Shown here: positions 44,710-53,677 of the stretch, one piece after another | Position numbering within the stretch: position 1 is the stretch's first letter | Layout of the letters: each line of letters opens with the position of its first letter | From: Paracoccaceae bacterium | Lineage (GTDB): Bacteria > Pseudomonadota > Alphaproteobacteria > Rhodobacterales > Rhodobacteraceae | Length of the DNA stretch: 64,000 bases | Direction: 5' to 3' | NCBI GenBank assembly: GCA_958296035.1 | Contig: OY282431.1 | Span: 2,214,037 to 2,278,036, forward strand | The notes under the pieces: generated by a model | Database searches by the model: none | Seen by the model: only the letters and a program-made list of their open reading frames with translations | What the model was told of the DNA's origin: nothing | Translations under genes and position numbers: made by a program

Positions 44710-45536
44710 GGTAGCGCAGGCTGGCCGGGTCGATTTGACTGGCGTGCCGCTGCGCCGTCGCCTCACGGGCCAGATCCTCCTTCAGCCGCTTGTTGCGGCG
44801 GGCGCTGGTCCTGATGATCGCCACCTGTCCAGACGCCTCGCAAAACGCCTTGATCGCCTTGGCATCATAGGCACTGTCCATCAACGCATACAGATGCGCC
44901 ACCCGCTCGCCGGTCAGCATCGCCACCTGACTGTCATGCCGCGAGGCCAAAGTCAGGATGCAGCTGAGCGGAACGCCGCCGTCGGCGACGTCAAGGTGCA
45001 ACTTGTCACCGCACCAGGTCATGCAATGTCCCTTCGAACCCTTCTTCCTGCCCACATCGCAGTTGTATGGCAATGCGGCCAGCATCTCCTCCAGGCTTTG
45101 CCGCCCTTGCCGATCAGGCAGGCTCCCGTCCCGCTGCCGCCTCCTGCCGGCGGCCCGGGGCTTCGCCTTCTCCCGACCCTCTGTCGCCGTTGCATCCCGT
45201 GAAACATGCCCCACCAAGTGACCATCATACGCCTGCTTGACCATCGTTTCATGCCCTACCGCGGGCAGACGACTGGCCGCAAACTCCGCAAACGCACGCC
45301 AAGACGTCGCCTCGCTCGGACCCTCGCCGGAAAACACCCGGCCGCACATCCGGCGCCGCGACTTGTCGACCCTCAGCCGGTCAGGAAGGGCGCTCGTTGT
45401 CGGCAGGTTCCATACCGCCCTGGCAGCAAAGGCCCGGGCCATGGCAACACGGTCCTTCGGGGGCCGCCCGATGCCACTGGAGCGCTTGATGCAGGCAAGG
45501 CGCTCGCAGGCGGCCATGTCGATCACCTGCAGGAAC
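44702..45536 (-). pseudogene. central part of the IS4/IS5-superfamily DDE transposase gene
   Basis: GRPPKDRVAMARAFAARAVWNLPTT, HVSRDATATEGREK, KLHLDVADGGVPLSC and MDSAYDAKAI blocks typical of DDE_Tnp_1 transposases. Truncated at both ends by IS66-family insertions. Confidence 0.7.
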
Positions 45537-46298
45537 GTAATAGGGGCAACTTACAGGGTAGCCGAATTGAATTGACTTTGAGATATCACGCTATTCGCCA
45601 TACCGTACTGGCACGGTGGGTATACGCAGTCAGCAGCCTGATGTCATTTTGTGGTTGTGGTGCGCAAGTGCTGCCTGTCAGGGCGGGGCGCCCTGGGCAA
45701 CGAGGTCGGCAAGCTGCCACACCTCCCGCCGACAGGTCACCTCCTCGGCATACAACACAACCTCCCGCACAGTGTGCGGCTGATAGCCCTTAAATACCGC
45801 ACCGGCCGGCACCTTCGCGGCCTTCACCACCTGTGTGCGCTTGCGTAGCCGCTCGTCAGAGAACCGCCGACCGCGACCCCTTGCCCTTGCTCCGCCGACC
45901 ACCGGCGCCCGACCGCGATGAGCCCTTGCCCGACGCCAGGCCGCTCGGCTTCATACGTGGCCGGGGCGGGCGCTTCCTGAGCCGCCTGATCTCGTCCTCC
46001 AGGGCCTCGACCAGCTCCCGGAGCTCGCTGAGCCGGGCCGTAAAGCCGGCAAGCTGCTCATCCCGTGTGGCAAGCTTCCAGTCACGCTCGGCAAGCTCGG
46101 AAACCAAAGCGGCATGGCTATAACCCGAATACTGATAACTGTGCGAATCACCCATGCCCCATAGAATCATTTAATGATTCAAAACGGAATCCCCCGAGGT
46201 AAAAGATCTTCGGTGTCCACAACAAACGGATTGTCTTCCGGTCACTGCAAGCGCAGAACTCAACCGTACCTACAATCCCTGGAAGTTGCCCCTATTAC
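45537..46298. mobile_element. 762-bp internally deleted IS66-family element
   Basis: Ends are GTAATAGGGGCAACTT(a/c)CAGGG inverted repeats (22 nt, 1 mismatch). Flanked by the 8-bp direct repeat GCAGGAAC (45529-45536 and 46299-46306). Carries only N-terminal transposase fragments. Confidence 0.75.
45678..46170 (-). pseudogene. IS66-family transposase N-terminal fragment, frameshifted and truncated
   Basis: The 45856-46170 ORF has a coiled coil (LSELRELVEALEDEIRRLRKRP...KPSG). The 45678-45902 ORF in another frame reads ...VPAGAVFKGYQPHTVREVVL. No DDE domain is present. Confidence 0.6.
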
Positions 46299-46407
46299 GC
46301 AGGAACTTCCTGCAGCGCTCCGTCCCCGGTCCGTCGTCCTTGAGCTCGGGAACGAGAGTGGGTTGAAACAGGCAAGGAAAGCGGCAAATGCAGGCTTCGG
46401 GCGTCAT
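46299..46407 (-). pseudogene. probable N-terminal fragment of the same IS4/IS5-type transposase gene
   Basis: After removing 45537-46306, an ORF from ATG 46407 (MTPEACICRF...LVPELKDDGPGTERCRKFLQ) runs in frame into VIDMAACERL... at 45526. Confidence 0.4.
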
Positions 46408-46462
46408 GGGGCAGGTCAAGCTTATCATTGACTAATGCTCTGCCAGCGCATATGTTACCGTC

Positions 46463-46828
46463 ATGACGGATGAGCCGGACACAAACAAGCTTGCCCGGCG
46501 AATCGCCGTGCTGGAGGAACGCATGGAGACGCAAAAAGCAGAGTTTGCCACGGAATTCGCCAAGATGCGGGAAGACAATGCCAAGTTTTATGCCAAGCTT
46601 GGCAGTGCATTTGCCGAGTCCAGAACCGAGTTTGCCGAGTCCAGAACCGAGTTTGCCGAGTTGAAAACCGAGTTTGCCGAGTTGAAAATCGAGTTTGCCA
46701 AATTTGGAACTGGAATTGCTACGTTTCAAGCCGAGGCTGCCAACCGTGAGACCCGCCTACTGCTTGCTGTGGCCGGCTTGATCACCGCGGGTATTTCAAT
46801 TCTTGGTTTTATTGTTGTCCTGAATTAA
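46463..46828 (+). CDS. small coiled-coil protein with heptad tandem repeats and a C-terminal TM anchor
   Basis: 121 aa. EFAESRT/EFAELKT heptads. C-terminal LLLAVAGLITAGISILGFIVVL helix. Confidence 0.6.
   Translation: MTDEPDTNKLARRIAVLEERMETQKAEFATEFAKMREDNAKFYAKLGSAFAESRTEFAESRTEFAELKTEFAELKIEFAKFGTGIATFQAEAANRETRLLLAVAGLITAGISILGFIVVLN
46607..46711 (+). repeat. 5 x 21-nt in-frame tandem repeat (GAGTTTGCCGAGTCCAGAACC-like)
   Basis: Units at 46607, 46628, 46649, 46670 and 46691. Copies 2-4 differ by at most 5 nt. Confidence 0.9.
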
Positions 46829-47197
46829 CCCTTCCGCGGGCGGTGTAAAGACCGTAACCCTGGCTGCGAATAGCATCATCCGTGCTGTCGTCATTCTTCC
46901 TGGCATCGTTGTTGCCTTTGAGGGGCCGATCGTTGCATCAGCGGTAGCGAAGATTGGCCTTTTTCTACCTTAGTCGAAGGTCGCGTTACGCCGCCCGCTA
47001 GTGGTGCAATCGACCTGCTCGTAGAGGGCTTGTGGCTGTCAATGCACAGCCGAGAGTCCTCAAGAGACGTATAAAGGGGGCCTGCCTCTGGCGCTTCACG
47101 TGCTCCGCGTAACGGGTGAGTTCATCGCCAACATCTGCTTTGTGCTGCATCCACGATCGTGCGCAGACAGGGAGCAAGAGCAAAGGCAATCAGCCTG

Positions 47198-47290
47198 ATG
47201 GATGTCATGAAGATTCACCAACCGAAGCAGCAAGGGTACAGCATCAGCAAGACTGCGCGATTCATCGGACGGGACCGCAGGCATGATGCG
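47198..47290 (+). pseudogene. possible transposase HTH remnant (IS21 IstA-like N-terminus)
   Basis: MDVMKIHQPKQQGYSISKTARFIGRDRR resembles the N-terminal HTH of IstA-type transposases. About 30 aa only, with nothing recognisable downstream. Confidence 0.2.
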
Positions 47291-47769
47291 GAGCCTGGCA
47301 ACCAGATCATGTGGCACAGTCAAAGCCGCCTGAGCAGTGCTTCACTGGGTTACCGGACCGGGCTCAAGGCCGGCCGAAGGTACGCTCAAGCAGAAATCGG
47401 ATAGCCTGTTGCCATGCAGACTTATCATAATACGGCATGCCTAGCCTTCCCTTGAAGGGTATGGCGTAACCATGCCCTTCGCTTCGAGTTGCGAACTGGC
47501 ACCATCCTGGCTGCCCTTGAGGGCCGCACACAAGCGCTGGCTTGCCCTGTAGCTCGCACAAGGCGATTTTAGGGGCTGTTCTTCTCGTTCACATTTCCAA
47601 AACGGCCACGAAAGCGGCTTTACGCAGTGCTGAGAGCGTTTCTGCAAATCGGCCAGGCTGCAGGCTTGCAACTGAAGGCAGTGGCCTGTCCAGGCCGGAC
47701 TTTGCATATATTGCCTCTGCCCCCAAAGTGGACAGCTTGACCCCAAGCGGCGGCCTCGCCCCTATGGGC

Positions 47770-48855
47770 TCAATTGTCGGACTTACGGCGATTACAGGGT
47801 TTGCAGAGCATCTGGCAATTTTCCTCGTTGGTCTTGCCACCCTCGACCCATGGGGTGATGTGGTCCCCTTCCATCCTTGATATGGCGAATGGCTTCATGC
47901 AGTGCTTGCACTTGCCGTCCTGCTTCTCGTACACCTTAAGCTTCATGGCCTTCGTGAAGGCCCGGATGTTGAGATGTTTCGCATCGCGGGTCAAGATATA
48001 GGGGTAGATGCCGGCCTTCTTTGTCACATCGTCATCAAGGATCAGCCTTGCCACCTCGGCTTCAATTGCCTTCGGGTCGAGATCGCGCCTGTTCTTGTGG
48101 TCGTTGTAGAGATCGCCCCACTGCACGCCCTTCATGAATGACCGTTTTTCGGTAAACGTCGTCTCGACCCAGCTGATCACCGACTGGAAGTAGCGCCAGA
48201 GCTCCCCGGCCGTAGGGTCGTGCTGGTGGCTGGACATGTACTCTTCGATCTGATCATTGCTGATCCATCTGAGGGCGGTCTCCAGATACACCTGGCGGAT
48301 CGGCGAACCTTTGAGATAATCCTCGCCGAGGCCATAGGCCGGCCCACCAGGACGGCTGAAATGGCGCCGGGCATCCGCCAGCCAAGGACCGGCATAGACG
48401 GCATTGCGCAGCTCCTGCCGGGTCAGGACCTCCCCGGCAATGTTGATGATCTCATACCACTTCAGTTTTTCGCTGTCTTTCCCGGAGCAGAGATACACCA
48501 TGAGCGTGTAATCAAGGATCCGGTCCCGTTGGTCGCTCTGCAGGTTGTGGAAAGCCAGGCCGTTGATGGAGAATACGCCATCCACATACTGGCCGATCGA
48601 GATGGTCCGCTGCTGGCCATCAATGATCTCGAACGTGCCGTCGCCGCGGTCCGCCCAATACATGACGTTCAGGGGAAACCCTTGCCGAACGGTTTCGATG
48701 ACTGCATCGCGCTGCTTGTCCTTGTAGACAAACTCGCGCTGATAGGGCGGGCGGATGTCAAGCTTGCCACCATAACCGACAACCCCGCCATCGCCGTCAT
48801 CCTTGTAGCCTTCCACCAGCTCGCGGACAGTGATGTCAAGGAGTTCAATTCTCAT
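47770..48855 (-). CDS. DUF262 (ParB/Srx-like, GmrSD N-domain) protein with a C-terminal HNH nuclease
   Basis: PPYQREFVY and IIDGQQR motifs. C-terminal CKHC...DHITPW..GG.T...NCQMLCKPCNRRK (HNH). Start at MRIELL (ATG 48855, ATGA overlap with the methylase stop). Confidence 0.85.
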   Translation of the reverse strand: MRIELLDITVRELVEGYKDDGDGGVVGYGGKLDIRPPYQREFVYKDKQRDAVIETVRQGFPLNVMYWADRGDGTFEIIDGQQRTISIGQYVDGVFSINGLAFHNLQSDQRDRILDYTLMVYLCSGKDSEKLKWYEIINIAGEVLTRQELRNAVYAGPWLADARRHFSRPGGPAYGLGEDYLKGSPIRQVYLETALRWISNDQIEEYMSSHQHDPTAGELWRYFQSVISWVETTFTEKRSFMKGVQWGDLYNDHKNRRDLDPKAIEAEVARLILDDDVTKKAGIYPYILTRDAKHLNIRAFTKAMKLKVYEKQDGKCKHCMKPFAISRMEGDHITPWVEGGKTNEENCQMLCKPCNRRKSDN

Positions 48856-49853
48856 GGCTGTGGTTTCCTGTTGCGGATAATGAGCCGGGAGTATTTCCTT
48901 ATGCCTCTGATATAGCCGCGGTCGATTTTTCCTTGCCATTCAGGAATCAAAAGATGGGGAAGTAACCCGTCCTTTATGTCATAATCCGAACCGATGATCT
49001 CAAACTGGTCCGGGTTGTGCTTGTCCAGGAACGTGATCGGCACCCCCATCACACCACCATAGTCCATCGGGATCTCCTTGGTCTTGTCCACGTTGATCGC
49101 ATCATAGTTGTCGTATTTCGGGTATTCCTCCGGTGAGTACTGCTTGTACAGGATCAAATCCTCATGGCGCTTTGCGTGGTCGAGGTTGGTGAACCAAACC
49201 ACGCCGGAAACCCTGATCATTCCTTCCTTCCGATCAGTAGCCACTGCATGATCCTCGTAATTGCTTATAAAATGACCCGCTCCACCCTTGAAGCCGAAAC
49301 CCAACCACACCCTGTTCTCCTTGATCAGCGGGAAGAAATCCTTGTAGGTGATGGCGTTCTGATGTCCGATGATGATGAACTTCTTGTCGTGCTCAATTAG
49401 CTGGGCAACATATTCCCGAAACAGTGAGAAGGGCGGGTTGGTGACCACGATGTCGGCCCGCTTCAGCAGCTCGACACACTCATCGCTGCGGAAGTCACCG
49501 TCACCCTCGAGGTGCTTGATCCCGATATCCTCGGCCCTGGGCACATGGTCTCCCTCCCGAAAACCGTCATATTCCAGCTTGATGGCCCGCTCGGCATCAT
49601 GCTTTGAAAACAGGTCCCGCTGCTGGTTCTTGTAGCAGGTGGTGACCAGCTTCTTCAGCCCAAGATGTTCGAAGTTGTACGAGAAGTAGTGGAAGAAATT
49701 GCTCACCCGGGGGTCGTCGCAATTGCAGTAGACAGTCTTGCCCCTGAAGTGTGGCTTGTAGTGGCGCAACTCGTTCTCGATGTCCGTGAGCTGCGTGTAG
49801 AAATCGTCGTTCTTCCCTCTTTGTGCCAAGTGCAGGCTTTTATTCAGAGACAT
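48852..49853 (-). CDS. N6-adenine DNA methyltransferase, EcoRI-methylase-like family
   Basis: DDFYTQ...VYCNCDDPRVSNFFHYF N-terminal block and catalytic VVTNPPF motif. Start set to MSLNKSL (ATG 49853). Confidence 0.8.
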   Translation of the reverse strand: MSLNKSLHLAQRGKNDDFYTQLTDIENELRHYKPHFRGKTVYCNCDDPRVSNFFHYFSYNFEHLGLKKLVTTCYKNQQRDLFSKHDAERAIKLEYDGFREGDHVPRAEDIGIKHLEGDGDFRSDECVELLKRADIVVTNPPFSLFREYVAQLIEHDKKFIIIGHQNAITYKDFFPLIKENRVWLGFGFKGGAGHFISNYEDHAVATDRKEGMIRVSGVVWFTNLDHAKRHEDLILYKQYSPEEYPKYDNYDAINVDKTKEIPMDYGGVMGVPITFLDKHNPDQFEIIGSDYDIKDGLLPHLLIPEWQGKIDRGYIRGIRKYSRLIIRNRKPQP

Positions 49854-49935
49854 GAGTTTGCTCCAAATCACTCCGAAAGGATCCACTATTGGTTGTCATG
49901 TAAACTCGACAGCAAGTCAACCTGCGGGCATGCAA

Positions 49936-50070
49936 TCACTTTCCGGAAGGCGCTATCTGGGGCTGTCCATAGGCAGCAAAAAGGCAGTTCAGGGCCTCGC
50001 CGGTCAACGACTGGACCGTCGTATCCTGCTCAACGGCAAGCATCTTTACCTGCTTGGCAACTTCCGGCAA
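49936..50070 (-). pseudogene. possible ribbon-helix-helix (CopG/ParG-like) remnant
   Basis: Sub-threshold ORF (L)PEVAKQVKMLAVEQDTTVQSLTGEALNCLFAAYGQPQIA*, preceded by an in-frame TGA. The pattern resembles RHH antitoxin/partition proteins. Confidence 0.2.
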
Positions 50071-50169
50071 AATATATCAGCCCACAAACGACTTGCCAAC
50101 CCGGGACCGGCTGCGGCAAACACGTCGCCGGCTTGCGGCCATCAAGACCATGTGACACCACATTGCCTC

Positions 50170-50517
50170 TCATATTCGGCATGTCAGGGGGCACCAATTA
50201 CGACTATCAGGATTTAAAATAACAAGGGAAGCAATGCAGAACCGATGCCGAAGCTCCGGCTGTGAAGATTCCAACGCAAAGGCATCAACAAGCGTAGAAA
50301 CTGGTATCACCATCTGTGAGGGCGGATGGCTGGGCAAGCCAATATTGCAGCTGTCGAAATGCACGATACCCAAGGCAAGTCCGGTTCGGCAAAGGATATT
50401 GTAGACAAGCCGGGCAAGTTTGTTGACGACTAACGTTTTGCAGAAAGCATGCTTCCCACCGAGAAGGGCGTCAGCGACAAGTTCGATCATACTGCGAGAA
50501 GCGCTGGAGCTAGTCAC
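50170..50517 (-). pseudogene. possible IS110-family transposase C-terminal remnant
   Basis: LLGGKHAFCKTLVVNKLARLVYNIL resembles the conserved C-terminal GK..K.AlvAvaRKL..i helix of IS110 transposases. No intact upstream catalytic part. Confidence 0.25.
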
Positions 50518-51533
50518 TCCCGTGATTCGCGCTATTATAATCAGGCATTAAGCAGTTTAGTGCCCAACTGTCCCGACACTTGGGGCGCCTTGGAACAGCC
50601 CGCCAGCCTTTCAAAGTCACCTCTCTGGCAGGAACGGGCAATGCGGAACTCGTCGTCGTGCTCCAGACCCTACATTCCGTGATGCAGCAGCAGCACCGTT
50701 TCTCGCGCCGTCAACGCCGGAGTGATAGATACAGTTGAGGATTTCGACTACAGCGTCAATTTGTCCTTTGCATGACCATGTGTTATTTGCGCGGCACGGC
50801 TTCGGCAGTACTTTCTTGGGTCGGGGCATCAATTTGCCACGGAGTTCCAACATTTGACAGACGTGACCTTCGGTGAGTGAATCTGGCATGGTGTCGTTTA
50901 GTACCTGTCATGGTTAAGATACTTTCGAAGACGTCTAGAATCGCCGGGGCCAGGAGGATGCCTCTATCAAAACGGTATTCCCGGCGGTTGGTGCGTTCCT
51001 TCAAACTGAATAAACGAAGAGAATTTCCGAAACCGGAGGAATATCGGGGATTCGGTCGGGTGCTGAACACATTTTCGCAAATTGAGGGCAGTCTCCAGGT
51101 AATCACCGGACATGGAATTGGACGATCGTCAGGAGCAAAGAACGACTTTGTCTCCGTGCAGACTAAGGAATTCATGCTGACCGTCGTTCGTCCGCATCGC
51201 GGACTCTCGAGGGCCTGCAAATAATCGGCAAGCTGCGTCGCCAATAAGAGGCGCCGACAACATTGCAGCAGAGGAGGGAAGTGAGGACAAACGTCAAGAT
51301 ACTTGAGGACTCGGGTAACATTCGTGGCGTGATCGCGGAGGACCGCCACGTGGGGTGCTCTGGAAATGCCCAGCTTCATTGCGAGGATCGGCGGGTGCCG
51401 CCATGGGCCCGACTGTCCCAACGGTTGGCGGTGTGGTTTCCAGTGACTATGCGTATTGCGCCGTGCTTTTCCTGGTCGGTTTGTTCGAACGTTGCGAGAC
51501 TGCGGATTCGAAACTTGAGTTGAGGAGGACAAG

Positions 51534-52661
51534 ATGCCCGACCAAAAGCGACTGATGGCAATCCCGGAAGAGACTGGCCTTGACGCCGTAATTGCCATGA
51601 GCCCCGAGAATTTCGCCTATGTAGCTGGCGCGTTCATTCTCACAGTCGAGTCGATTCGGCCGCGCCAGGCCTTTGCAGTGCTGCCGCGCGGGGGCAAGCC
51701 ATTCGCGGTGATTTGCTCGATTGAGACAGCGACAATGCTCGACGAGAGCTGGATTGAAGACCTCGTCGAGTACACCGAATTCGTGCACCGGCCTGTCGAC
51801 AGGTTAGTCGATGCGCTGAAGGCGCACGGTATTGACGGTGGGAAGATCGGCATTGATCTGAAATACCTTCCAGCCCTTGACTACGCCCGGCTGCAAGAGC
51901 TTCTTCCTGGTGCGCATCTTGTTGACACAACTCAGACAATTGCAGCGGTGCGCGCGATCAAATCGGTAGACGAGATCAATACGCTCGAACGGGCGACGAA
52001 AGGCACCCATATGGCCGTACTTGACGCGATAGGCGCGAGCAAGACTGGCGACACTGAGAAAGACATCGCCACGAAGATCGCCGATGGTATGACGCGAAAC
52101 GGCGCCGACACGGTGATGTTCATGTGCTTCGGTTCGGGGCCCCGCTCAATCATTGCCCACGGCGCCCCGAGCGACCGTGTGACGGAGCCCGGCGACATCA
52201 TTCGGCTTGACACCGGTGGGCGCTATGGTGCCTACTTCAGCGATTTTGCACGTACCTACTCAGCAGGGAACCCGACGACTGAGCAGCGTGAGACCTACCG
52301 CAAATTGGTCGAGGTACACAAGGAGACGATCGGCGCAGTAAAACCAGGAGTGACGGCTGAAGACCTGTTCTTTTTCTGCAAGGACGCTTTCGAGAAGCGC
52401 CGGCTTCCCTTCGTCATGCCACATATCGGACATTCCTTTGGGGTGGAGTTGCACGAGAACCCTATGCTGCGCCCCGGTGACAAGACCCGGATTGAGGAAG
52501 GCATGGTTATCAATATCGAGCCGGTCGTGATCGATCGTGATCGAAATTCTCTTTACCATGTAGAGGATCTCTTTGTCGTGACCGATAACGGGATCCGACT
52601 TCTCACCCTTGGTTTCCCACCGGAGGATCTGCCGGTCCTCGGCGAGCGGCCGACGACCTGA
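51534..52661 (+). CDS. M24-family metallopeptidase (Xaa-Pro peptidase/creatinase-like)
   Basis: 375 aa. N-terminal creatinase-like domain and pita-bread metal ligands (DTGG, HGAP.., HSFG, NIEP). GAGGAGGA Shine-Dalgarno sequence upstream. Confidence 0.85.
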   Translation: MPDQKRLMAIPEETGLDAVIAMSPENFAYVAGAFILTVESIRPRQAFAVLPRGGKPFAVICSIETATMLDESWIEDLVEYTEFVHRPVDRLVDALKAHGIDGGKIGIDLKYLPALDYARLQELLPGAHLVDTTQTIAAVRAIKSVDEINTLERATKGTHMAVLDAIGASKTGDTEKDIATKIADGMTRNGADTVMFMCFGSGPRSIIAHGAPSDRVTEPGDIIRLDTGGRYGAYFSDFARTYSAGNPTTEQRETYRKLVEVHKETIGAVKPGVTAEDLFFFCKDAFEKRRLPFVMPHIGHSFGVELHENPMLRPGDKTRIEEGMVINIEPVVIDRDRNSLYHVEDLFVVTDNGIRLLTLGFPPEDLPVLGERPTT

Positions 52662-52696
52662 TCCGATCAAACTATAACCGAAAAGGAGAATATCCA

Positions 52697-53677
52697 ATGT
52701 ATCGACTAAAGACCCTGGTAGCCGCGGTCGCCGTGGCAACACTTTGCCTGACGGCAGCGGCTGCGGAGACACTTCGCATCGCCCACCACCACACAGTCGG
52801 CGGACAGCTTGACAAGACCGCCAACTTCTTTGCCGAGGAAATAGCGCGCATCACTGACGGGGCACTAGAGATTCAGATATTTCCCGCAGCCCAGCTTGGT
52901 CAGCAGCAGGAAGCCTTTGACCAGCTCGACCTCGGCATTATTGACATGACGCTTTCGCCGGCAAGCCTGATGGACAAGAAGTGGCCCGCCATCCGGCACT
53001 TGGATCTACCCTTCCTCTGGGGGAGCTTCGAACATTTCGAACTCGCCAAGAACGGTGAGTGGGGCGAAGCTCTGATCAAAGGAATGATGGACAACTCCAA
53101 CACACGTATCGTCGGCATATCCGGCTTTGGCTTCCGCGACATGATTTTCCGTGGCGAGGCGGTGACCTCGGTTGAGGGACTCGAAGGCATGAAAATGCGC
53201 GCCCCGGAGGCACGCATGTGGATTCGAATGTTTGAGCTTCTCGGCGCCCGGCCGACGCCAGTGACGTGGGGCGAGGTCTACACGGCCATGCAAACGGGTG
53301 TCGCAGCGGGCCTCGAAAGTCCGGCTGTTGCCGCGCTCGACATGAAGTTTGACGAGGTGACCAAGAGCCTGGTCAGAACCCAGCACATGTTCGGGATCAT
53401 GGTCATCAACATCAATGAACAGCGCTTTGACAGTTTGTCGCCCGAGTACCAGAGCGCGATACTAGAGGCAGGTTGGGCCGCCGGTGATCACTTCGACAGT
53501 ATCACGAAAAAGGAAATCGAGAGTGCCTACGCTCAGATGGAAGAACGCGGCATGACAATCTTCGATCCTGACAATCGCCAGGAATGGGTCGACGCGATGG
53601 CACCTCTGTGGGGAGAGGTGGAAGCTGATCATCCCGACGTTGAAGGATTGATCAAGCTCGTGCTTGCAGCCCGCTAA
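52697..53677 (+). CDS. TRAP transporter substrate-binding protein (DctP family)
   Basis: Signal peptide, 326 aa. Followed by small and large TRAP permeases. Confidence 0.88.
   Translation: MYRLKTLVAAVAVATLCLTAAAAETLRIAHHHTVGGQLDKTANFFAEEIARITDGALEIQIFPAAQLGQQQEAFDQLDLGIIDMTLSPASLMDKKWPAIRHLDLPFLWGSFEHFELAKNGEWGEALIKGMMDNSNTRIVGISGFGFRDMIFRGEAVTSVEGLEGMKMRAPEARMWIRMFELLGARPTPVTWGEVYTAMQTGVAAGLESPAVAALDMKFDEVTKSLVRTQHMFGIMVININEQRFDSLSPEYQSAILEAGWAAGDHFDSITKKEIESAYAQMEERGMTIFDPDNRQEWVDAMAPLWGEVEADHPDVEGLIKLVLAAR

Noticed and set aside
46607-46711. Regularly spaced short repeats checked as a possible CRISPR array. The Calx-beta repeats at 58.0-60.0 kb were checked the same way.
   Set aside because: The units are contiguous with no spacers, they are in frame, and they lie inside ORFs. 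They are coding tandem repeats. No CRISPR-like repeat-spacer structure or cas genes occur anywhere in the window.
46295-46729. 144-aa minus-strand ORF with LGKLG repeats.
   Set aside because: It is the antisense reading of the 21-nt tandem repeat in the 46463-46828 gene, and its 3' end runs into the IS66-derivative terminus. It is an artefact of repeat periodicity.
50783-51598. 271-aa minus-strand ORF upstream of, and overlapping, the M24 peptidase start. It contains an HTH-like LAMKLGISRAPHV segment.
   Set aside because: The composition is strongly Arg/Ser/Pro/Thr-biased, there is no domain I recognise, and it overlaps a well-supported gene start. It was not called, though a degraded regulator cannot be excluded.
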